Virus record (IMG/VR): IMGVR_UViG_3300030329_005082
Location: 114,631 to 178,630 of that record
DNA: 64,000 bases
Strand: one strand, 5' to 3'
Source of the DNA: a virus
The notes under the pieces are model-generated. The model saw nothing but the letters and a program-made list of their open reading frames with translations. It did not search any database and was not told where the DNA came from. Numbering within the stretch: the stretch's first letter is position 1; each line of letters starts with the position of its first letter. A program made the position numbers and the translations under genes. Below, piece after piece: positions 57,709-64,000 of the stretch.

Positions 57709-58832
57709 TAGTAATAAGTCTCCCCTTCAGGGTGGTTCTCTTTATAAACCTTCATTAAATAGTCAGCAAAACTGTAAATATCTTTTTTGCCGACACTCCT
57801 CATCAATGAAGCTAAGCTCTCCAAAGCATCTCGGGATGCAGGTTTAGAACTACTATTATGTAAAGCGTTTTTTATATCTTCTACTGCGGCTGTAGGATGC
57901 TTCGCAAGTTGATGAAAGAATTGTTTAGCTTTCCTTCTTCTGTTTCGTTCGCTTGTATAGCCGTCTTCGCTGTCACCAGTGATCAACTCCTCTGGCATTT
58001 TTTCTTCGCCTTTGAGGATTGCCTCTGCTGCTAATGTGAACATTCGCAATTCATCTGTACCATAACCGGGACCGTCAGCTATTTCTTTAAAGCCGTCTTT
58101 GGGTACTTTTTCAAGCTCTGTTTCTGATTCACTAAGAGCCTGTTCAAACTGTTTCCAGCTTGTTAGTGCCTTATCTTTAGAGACACCAAGTGTCATCCAA
58201 GTTTTGGGATTGACATGAATATAAAAGGGTATACCCTTGTCTTCTAACATTTCAACCACTTTTCTGCCATAGTGATAATCAGCAAATCTAAGCTGAAGTT
58301 TATTTACGAGTTCAAATTCCCCGGTTTCCCAGTCTGTAGTGCGGGTATCATAAAGAGGCAGAGCGATATGAACAGCAGTTATATATTTGTCGGCATCCTC
58401 AATAAATGGCTTATCGGTCACAATACGATCTTCTGCTTCATATACATCGTCATCAGTCGGAGAATAAAAAGTCTTTCCTATTTTAGCTGATTTTTTAGAG
58501 GATCCATAATCTTTTGAAGACCAGTAATCCATTGGTATACCCTTGAACCGTTGTCCTAATTTTCTACCATCCAGTTGGATAACGGCACCATAAGGATGGC
58601 GACTGCTAAAAGCTCCATAAGAAATAGAAGGTGTCCTTGTCGTGGACATATAATACATCTTGCCTTTACTGTGTTCTCCTTCTGTGTCAGGTTTGGTAAA
58701 AGCTCCGGACGTAAGAAAACGATTATCTTTGAGAACAGCAGCTAATCTATAAAGCTGGGTGTGATGCCATAGGACATCTGATAACCCTTCTTTAATAACG
58801 AACTTACGCCATGAATCAAAATGATTTTTCAC
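57708..58832 (-). CDS. Putative ADP-ribosyltransferase-fold protein with WRKF..KE tag
   Basis: LWHHT, YMSTTRT and YEAEDR (ExE) in ART-like order and spacing. Confidence 0.55.
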   Translation of the reverse strand: MKNHFDSWRKFVIKEGLSDVLWHHTQLYRLAAVLKDNRFLTSGAFTKPDTEGEHSKGKMYYMSTTRTPSISYGAFSSRHPYGAVIQLDGRKLGQRFKGIPMDYWSSKDYGSSKKSAKIGKTFYSPTDDDVYEAEDRIVTDKPFIEDADKYITAVHIALPLYDTRTTDWETGEFELVNKLQLRFADYHYGRKVVEMLEDKGIPFYIHVNPKTWMTLGVSKDKALTSWKQFEQALSESETELEKVPKDGFKEIADGPGYGTDELRMFTLAAEAILKGEEKMPEELITGDSEDGYTSERNRRRKAKQFFHQLAKHPTAAVEDIKNALHNSSSKPASRDALESLASLMRSVGKKDIYSFADYLMKVYKENHPEGETYY

Positions 58833-58834
58833 AG

Positions 58835-59626
58835 TTAGTCCTCTACGGACATCATTTTGTCATATGAATTTGTTTTTGTATCAGACAAGATGCCAAGGTA
58901 TCCGTTTCTTCTGAGTGTTTTGAAAGCTAGATTCTCTACGGAATACTCACCTACAGTCTCTAATCCTGTTTGACGAAATCTTTTAATTTTTGCCTTCACT
59001 TTGTCAGCTTGGTCAATTGCTTCTTGATACTTGCCTTCATTGTAAAGTTCAACAACTTCATCAATCTGATTTTCAATTGCAGCCGCCTTTAGTTGAATAT
59101 CCCGATTATCAATTTGGGGATTTTCACGATCAGGTTTTACGATCCACTCGTTATCTAATATTGAATAAAGTCCTGAAGCTACATGAGGTTCTCTGGAATC
59201 TTGTCCGTAAATTTCAACTTCATAGCCAAGCATTGTAATATCATGAGCATTGTTCCAAACATTTTTGGCAGCCATAAAGTAATCACGAACCAACTCTTCG
59301 TCCTCATTTATTTCGGAAAAATCAAAAAGGACATGAAGATCTACGTCGGAAAAGCGCGAGTAATTGTAGTTTGCAAGTGACCCTGTAAATGTAATATCTT
59401 TCAAGAGTGCATCACCCGCACGGCTGCTGTTAATAAAATCTAAAGCAATATCTAAAAGCTTTTGTCGTATTTCGGGATCAAGCTTATCCCCTGGTTGGTT
59501 CCAGAAGTCTTTGTTTAATTCTGTGTGAGGCTCAAAAGAAAAAGGAATCTTGATTTCAATATCAAGATCTTCTGATAAATACTTTCTCCAATTTCTGGAT
59601 AATTTGTGTATTGAAACATCACTCAT
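58835..59626 (-). CDS. Pol-beta superfamily nucleotidyltransferase with WRKYLSE tag
   Basis: TGSLANYNYSRFSDVDLHV (GS..DxD), YEVEIY, GLYSI. Confidence 0.85.
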   Translation of the reverse strand: MSDVSIHKLSRNWRKYLSEDLDIEIKIPFSFEPHTELNKDFWNQPGDKLDPEIRQKLLDIALDFINSSRAGDALLKDITFTGSLANYNYSRFSDVDLHVLFDFSEINEDEELVRDYFMAAKNVWNNAHDITMLGYEVEIYGQDSREPHVASGLYSILDNEWIVKPDRENPQIDNRDIQLKAAAIENQIDEVVELYNEGKYQEAIDQADKVKAKIKRFRQTGLETVGEYSVENLAFKTLRRNGYLGILSDTKTNSYDKMMSVED

Positions 59627-59847
59627 GATGGACCTGACTTGCCTATTGTTGGCTTCTCTGTAAAAGGTTTAGTATTTTTTACTGGCCCCATCGCCAACTT
59701 CTTGTACATCTTCTTGAATGACTTGAGATATGTGCTTTGTGGTCGCTTCTTGAGATAAGAGTAAGGATCACCCTTTTCTGATTCGTTTATAAGTTCATTC
59801 AAGGTCTCTCTGATGGCATTTCGTAGCTGTGATTTGGTTACTTTCAT
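59623..59847 (-). CDS. MK(L/V)TK-tag family protein
   Basis: Starts MKVTKSQLRNAIRETLNELINE; start reassigned from 59925. Confidence 0.75.
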   Translation of the reverse strand: MKVTKSQLRNAIRETLNELINESEKGDPYSYLKKRPQSTYLKSFKKMYKKLAMGPVKNTKPFTEKPTIGKSGPS

Positions 59848-59878
59848 TTTATTTACCTGGGGGTTCTGTATCTGGGCT

Positions 59879-60178
59879 CTAATACCCCCGTCTCCTTTTC
59901 TCATCAGGGGTGATGATCTGGGCATGATCCCTGTTATTTGATCTCACAGGTGTCGATAAAGCTTTCAGACTGGCTTTGTAGTCCTCATCCGTTTCTATTT
60001 TGTGTACTGCTTGTGTAAGGGTTGCCATCAATTCTTCACTTTTGGAACTTTTATTCGCTCCCAGTACTGTGAGAACTGTGCGGACTCGACCCAAAAGAGC
60101 ATTCGTATCGCTTGATGTAACTGCCTCTAAAATAGATTCTTTAATTATTTTTCGTAGCTGTGATTTGGTTACTTTCAT
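59879..60178 (-). CDS. MK(L/V)TK-tag family protein
   Basis: Starts MKVTKSQLRKIIKESILE. Confidence 0.8.
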   Translation of the reverse strand: MKVTKSQLRKIIKESILEAVTSSDTNALLGRVRTVLTVLGANKSSKSEELMATLTQAVHKIETDEDYKASLKALSTPVRSNNRDHAQIITPDEKRRRGY

Positions 60179-60537
60179 TGATCTTTTACTTCTTCTTTAC
60201 ATCTTTCATATTTTTCTTCAGTAGCCTCTGACCATTCACTTCTTTTGGTTGTGCCGGCTTTCTCTCCTACGGACTTTGTACAGATAGCATACTCATTTTT
60301 TTCTTCTGTGATGCCTTCTTTTACCATGCCGAGCGTAGTGCGAAGGTCATTAAGTTCACAAGGGCTCATTTTCATGTGAGCGCCATACGCTTCTAGTGCT
60401 GATTCATCTTTCCATGACTCGGCACCATAGTCCTTGATAGCCCAATGCTTATAGTCATAAGCCATGTCGGCACCGTGTAGCTTGATATTTATTGCTTCAC
60501 GAATTACTGTTTTCAGTTGAGACTTCGTTAGTTTCAT
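60175..60537 (-). CDS. MK(L/V)TK-tag family protein
   Basis: Starts MKLTKSQLKTVIRE; C-terminal YAICTKSVG..KYERC. Confidence 0.8.
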   Translation of the reverse strand: MKLTKSQLKTVIREAINIKLHGADMAYDYKHWAIKDYGAESWKDESALEAYGAHMKMSPCELNDLRTTLGMVKEGITEEKNEYAICTKSVGEKAGTTKRSEWSEATEEKYERCKEEVKDQ

Positions 60538-60646
60538 CTTTTAGTTCCCTTATACGCTTCATAACAGCAGCAGTAAGCTTTTCAGATCGCGCATGTTCTT
60601 TCAATCCTGAACGTATTTGCTTCCAAAATTCATTTTTTGTGATCAT
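60497..60646 (-). CDS. Small tag-like protein (49 aa)
   Basis: GGGAG SD; MITKNEFWKQIRSGLKEHARSEKL...; first gene after ACTAGTTAT. Confidence 0.6.
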   Translation of the reverse strand: MITKNEFWKQIRSGLKEHARSEKLTAAVMKRIRELKDETNEVSTENSNS

Positions 60647-60682
60647 TAAGTATGCTCCCGCGTATTATAACTAGTTTTCTTT

Positions 60683-61087
60683 TTATTCTTCGCCTTCAAA
60701 AAGGGCTCTTATAGGATGCACAGAGATAATCCGATTAGACTTCTTGTAATAACCAATGCTTTCAACAATATATTGGCGCTCATTTAGATGAGGATAAAAA
60801 TGAACTTTTACTTCATAAGAGGTTTTGTCCGACAGTCTAGTCTCCGGCAAGATTTGTAAAGTTTGCAGACCGCCAGCCTGCTCTCTAAGTGTGTCATGAG
60901 CCATTTTAAGAGCAACAAAGTGATTCAACCCGCTCGTCGCGGAAATTTTTGCTTGGTTGATGCGCCGATTGTTGCCAGCAATCATCATTTCTAAATTGAC
61001 GGTAGAAAATAACAACATAGCACTCATACCAATAAGCGCAGACATAACCAAAACTATAACAAGTGTCATTCCCTTACGGTTCAACAT
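60683..61087 (-). CDS. PilX-like type IV minor pilin/pseudopilin
   Basis: MLNRKG|MTLVIVLVMSALIGMSA (class III signal, no Glu5), then A.N.R...QA...A.SG. Confidence 0.7.
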   Translation of the reverse strand: MLNRKGMTLVIVLVMSALIGMSAMLLFSTVNLEMMIAGNNRRINQAKISATSGLNHFVALKMAHDTLREQAGGLQTLQILPETRLSDKTSYEVKVHFYPHLNERQYIVESIGYYKKSNRIISVHPIRALFEGEE

Positions 61088-61421
61088 TGATCATTCTGTC
61101 TCTTGTAGGTACCGGAGCAACGTTATTTAGTAGTTGATAGCCTTGGTTTAGTAAAAGATTGTCCTCAACCCATCGTGTAGTCCGGGCTTTGCAGAGATTT
61201 TTAGGTACTCTGCGCGCAATACACTCACGTTCTTTCTGTTTGACAACCTCACAAAAACACCTCACTCGGTTTTGTAGCTCTAATTCCGGTGATAAAGTTA
61301 CTCCGCGAGGGAGAACTTCATTTGATCCCGGCACCCATTTGGGGCAATCAATTTGTTGAAGTTGATAAGCTTGGTTGAATAAATTTGCAAATACAAGCAA
61401 AAACAAAGACTTATAAAACAT
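61074..61421 (-). CDS. Secreted Cys-containing hypothetical protein
   Basis: Signal-like N-terminus; five Cys in the mature part. Confidence 0.7.
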   Translation of the reverse strand: MFYKSLFLLVFANLFNQAYQLQQIDCPKWVPGSNEVLPRGVTLSPELELQNRVRCFCEVVKQKERECIARRVPKNLCKARTTRWVEDNLLLNQGYQLLNNVAPVPTRDRMINVEP

Positions 61422-61587
61422 GTGGTTTTCCTTTCATAAGAGTGGTGAGAATAGTGACAAAATTTAGCTTGCCCTCGTCGCGAGAAAAATAAACAACAGG
61501 CGTCGCGATCATCGGCAAATGAACTACCAAGTCCATTCCCGTATATTTCATGATGTGTTCTATTTCATTCTCTGTTAATGATGTCAT
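61411..61587 (-). CDS. Hypothetical protein
   Basis: Likely start MTSLTENEIEH at 61587. Confidence 0.55.
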   Translation of the reverse strand: MTSLTENEIEHIMKYTGMDLVVHLPMIATPVVYFSRDEGKLNFVTILTTLMKGKPHVL

Positions 61588-61723
61588 TATATTCTTCTTC
61601 GCTAATCTCTTCGGGATAACCAAAAAATGCCGCAGCAAAAATAAAAGTCAAGCCAGAGCCAATAATCAGCCAAGCCAAACCATACATAGCCATTTCCGCA
61701 ATCAATTCAATGATACTCATCAT
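61565..61723 (-). CDS. Small membrane protein (52 aa)
   Basis: MMSIIELIAEMAMYGLAWLIIGSGLTFIFAAAFFGYPEE...; below the track cutoff. Confidence 0.6.
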   Translation of the reverse strand: MMSIIELIAEMAMYGLAWLIIGSGLTFIFAAAFFGYPEEISEEEYNDIINRE

Positions 61724-61946
61724 ACATCACCACTCTAACCTTTCCTTGGTATGCCGGCAGTCCCGTCATATATTCTAATTCGTATTGTTGGATAACTTTG
61801 ATCGTTTCAAAAATCATTTGTTCGCTATTGCCCGTAATGACATCAATAAACAAACCTTTGCCAAGCCAGTCCTCAATAAACCTTGCTACAGCATTTGGCA
61901 CTTCATGATGTTCGTACCCGTGTAAATCTAATGTTGGAGTTTTCAT
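61707..61946 (-). CDS. Smr/MutS2-like small domain protein
   Basis: TLDLHG and IDVITGNS; start MKTPT at 61946. Confidence 0.75.
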   Translation of the reverse strand: MKTPTLDLHGYEHHEVPNAVARFIEDWLGKGLFIDVITGNSEQMIFETIKVIQQYELEYMTGLPAYQGKVRVVMYDEYH

Positions 61947-61977
61947 AAAGTCCCGAATTTTTTTGTAGAAATTTTTT

Positions 61978-62187
61978 TCACTTGCCGGCTTTTGAGAGCA
62001 AATAAAACTGATCATAGCTCCAAAGGTGCTCTTCACCTGTACCGCAGACACGACCATAGAAGAATCGTGGACTTGTAGGCAACTCATTCGTAACCACAAC
62101 AAGGCTGGCAGATACAGGCAGACCCTGAAAGACTTCAGAATGCGGCTTGAGCTTCACAAGGTCGCCAATTCTAAAATCCCTGTTCAT
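61978..62187 (-). CDS. Small SH3/KOW-like protein
   Basis: FRIGDLVKLK; start reassigned to 62187. Confidence 0.6.
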   Translation of the reverse strand: MNRDFRIGDLVKLKPHSEVFQGLPVSASLVVVTNELPTSPRFFYGRVCGTGEEHLWSYDQFYLLSKAGK

Positions 62188-62365
62188 GCAGCCAATCCTT
62201 GTAATGCTGGCATTGGCTGGCAAAAGCATACCATCTTCCTGTAGCAAACTGCACATCCAGAAGGACCTCGCCATTGTTGGCAGTCTCAAAAGATTTCACA
62301 ACGCCGAAAGCTGCTGGGGCTCTTGCACCCTCACGCTCAACAATAAAATCACCTTTTGCGAACAT
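62171..62365 (-). CDS. Small SH3/KOW-like protein
   Basis: FAKGDFIV..FGVV..LDVQF. Confidence 0.6.
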   Translation of the reverse strand: MFAKGDFIVEREGARAPAAFGVVKSFETANNGEVLLDVQFATGRWYAFASQCQHYKDWLHEQGF

Positions 62366-62483
62366 GCTGAATCCTATCCAGTATATTATACAATATGCAC
62401 AACCTTCTGTTTACTTCTGAGAAGGGTAACGAACGGTTCCCTTTGTCCGCGCGCGAGGCGGCGGGTTGCCGGCTATCAAGCAT
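62349..62483 (-). CDS. Possible 44-aa ORF
   Basis: GGAG SD + ATG (MLDSRQPAASRADKGN...), but GC-rich and atypical; may be non-coding. Confidence 0.3.
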   Translation of the reverse strand: MLDSRQPAASRADKGNRSLPFSEVNRRLCILYNILDRIQHVRKR

Positions 62484-62484
62484 T

Positions 62485-62706
62485 TTATTTTCTCCTTGAT
62501 AATAGTTCAAGTTCCGAATGATTGAAGATGTGGTTCTTTGTTGTGCCGGATAATATTACCTCATAATAGTAGCCGCCAACAACATCCATTCTGTCTACAC
62601 CCATTTGCCTAGTTATGATTGCTAGCTTGCCGGCAAAGTAGGGCATCGCGCAGTCATCCTTTATCTTGACAAGATCGCCAATCTCATAACGGACATTGGC
62701 TGTCAT
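62485..62706 (-). CDS. Small SH3/KOW-like protein
   Basis: YEIGDLVKIK..GKLAII..YYEVIL. Confidence 0.7.
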   Translation of the reverse strand: MTANVRYEIGDLVKIKDDCAMPYFAGKLAIITRQMGVDRMDVVGGYYYEVILSGTTKNHIFNHSELELLSRRK

Positions 62707-62708
62707 GG

Positions 62709-63059
62709 CTAGTGAATGGTTGGTTCTTCTAGAAGCTCGTCACCAACCATATCTAATGTCATCATCGTTTCAATAGATACTGCCGACAATGACAGCTTGG
62801 GAAAGTCCTCTGGATTGGCTGCGGTGGCAGCCATGGCAATCAGGAACTCTGAAGCTGTTACTCCCGGTTCGTTGCCGATAGATTCAAGGATATTGCTGGC
62901 TTGGAAGAGTAATCGGTTCTCTTCGTCTAGTGCCGGCACGTTGCTTAGCGTTGAAATCATTTTATTTCCTTTCTTTTCCGCTAATTTGGTGTAGGTCATG
63001 TTGGTAATACCACTTAGGAGCCTCATTATCAAACTGTACAAAGAATTGAGGTATTGCAA
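62709..63059 (-). CDS. Hypothetical protein
   Basis: ORF in a coupled run; start uncertain. Confidence 0.6.
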   Translation of the reverse strand: MQYLNSLYSLIMRLLSGITNMTYTKLAEKKGNKMISTLSNVPALDEENRLLFQASNILESIGNEPGVTASEFLIAMAATAANPEDFPKLSLSAVSIETMMTLDMVGDELLEEPTIH

Positions 63060-63171
63060 ACTTTTCTCTCACTTCCTTAATAACTAGTCCAACACGATCA
63101 GTAACAGGACGGGCTGACATTATTGTTCCACCCTTCCTTCTCTTATAAACTATATCACCGACTTTGATCAT
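62962..63171 (-). CDS. Small SH3/KOW-like protein
   Basis: MIKVGDIVYK..VGLVI..FFVQF. Confidence 0.65.
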   Translation of the reverse strand: MIKVGDIVYKRRKGGTIMSARPVTDRVGLVIKEVREKFAIPQFFVQFDNEAPKWYYQHDLHQISGKERK

Positions 63172-63469
63172 CCATTCCCATTTCATATAGCCAGTAATAG
63201 GCTGTCAATTCCTCGTCTTTTGTTATATCTCTTATAGATCTTAGTTTTATGTATCTTCCGGAGATATAAGCTTCGCAGTTAGGATCCTCTGAGTGGTTGA
63301 AGAATCCTCCAAGAGGAGTTCTAATATATCCGTTCTCAAACTCTTCATCGTAGACATGGGTAATTCCGAACTCATGTCCTTTCTTTATTTCTTCTCCCGC
63401 ATATAGACCCATACCATGAATAGTTGATTCTTTCATGTAAACATTCGCTGGCAAAGGCTTATAAGTCAT
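63155..63469 (-). CDS. SET-domain protein (putative lysine methyltransferase)
   Basis: STIHGMGLYA, GGFFNHSEDPNC, DI..DEELTAYY. Confidence 0.9.
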   Translation of the reverse strand: MTYKPLPANVYMKESTIHGMGLYAGEEIKKGHEFGITHVYDEEFENGYIRTPLGGFFNHSEDPNCEAYISGRYIKLRSIRDITKDEELTAYYWLYEMGMDDQSR

Positions 63470-63591
63470 ACCATATATAAGTCAAAATCTGAAAAAATTA
63501 GCTACGCGTTGTTTCTGTACTAGGCCCCCGCCGGGGGGTGGTGAATCCCTAGGGACATGATCTGGGGGCTCTCAGGGGCAGGCAGGGGCTG

Positions 63592-63783
63592 TCAGGTGCT
63601 GATCAAACCAGCTTCAATAAGCTGGTAAGCTAGGCGACCGTAGTGACCTTGTAGGTCCCATACAATACCGCTGTCAAGCAGTTCTTGGAATAGCTGGATA
63701 GTTTGCTGATCATCTAGCTCTCCTTGTTCATATGCTATCATACTCTCTGTTAGTTTATTCATTCTTTTTATTCTTTCCCGCAA
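63592..63783 (-). CDS. Conserved phage hypothetical protein
   Basis: [34 protein letters not shown]; start uncertain. Confidence 0.75.
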   Translation of the reverse strand: MRERIKRMNKLTESMIAYEQGELDDQQTIQLFQELLDSGIVWDLQGHYGRLAYQLIEAGLIST

Positions 63784-63785
63784 AA

Positions 63786-64000
63786 TTAGTCAATGGCAAT
63801 CACCTTCTCATTGGTCTTGAAGTAAGGACGGCTGGCACCGCGAGCATCGGTCATCCACATGCGTTGAGCTTTGCAAGCCTTGGGCTTAGGAGCTTCCATG
63901 TCTGTCAGAATAATGACGCCATCAAAGCTATTATTATTGACGTACTCGGTAGGAGCATTGAAGCAGGTACCGCCGCAAAGAACTCGCTCAGCCTTCTTGA
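63786..64000 (-). CDS. vWA-like (DUF2201-type) protein, C-terminal fragment
   Basis: ...[26 protein letters not shown]..; 5' end lies outside the window. Confidence 0.75.
   Translation of the reverse strand, partial: KKAERVLCGGTCFNAPTEYVNNNSFDGVIILTDMEAPKPKACKAQRMWMTDARGASRPYFKTNEKVIAID

Overview
AT-rich 64-kb segment that reads as part of a large (jumbo-type, T4-like myovirus) lytic phage genome. Genes are densely packed and translationally coupled, use the standard code, and lie almost all on the minus strand; the one substantial plus-strand block is a 3-gene cassette at 36.8-38.8 kb. In window order: (i) baseplate/tail module, including a >2525-aa ORF running off the left edge that the ORF track omits, gp6-like and gp25-like genes and an M23 peptidase; (ii) a gp55-like sigma factor, a methyltransferase plus five glycosyltransferases, a Cas4-like nuclease and PhoH; (iii) a complete tmRNA (tag ANDDFQLALAA); (iv) an 1100-aa KxDG/nuclease-like/HxGH fusion, a trypsin-like protease and a MopE-repeat/vWA lipoprotein cassette; (v) a J-domain protein and three tandem ~500-aa Ala-rich coiled-coil paralogs; (vi) five tRNAs interleaved with a minimal TilS, a putative R-M pair, a duplicated pseudoknot-like element and a 9-codon Arg-rich leader ORF; (vii) PMM, cysteine synthase and a complete YhbH-SpoVR-PrkA triad; (viii) a run of coupled genes sharing an N-terminal MK(L/V)TK..(I/L)xE tag, including an ADP-ribosyltransferase-like protein and a nucleotidyltransferase; (ix) small early-type genes (PilX-like pilin, Smr, SH3/KOW-like, SET, partial vWA). 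Best candidates for new biology: the N-terminally tagged putative head-cargo array, the phage-borne PrkA/SpoVR/YhbH module, the putative heterotrimeric fibre, and the RNA-level elements around the tRNA/tilS locus. All family calls come from motif recognition by eye; no searches were run.
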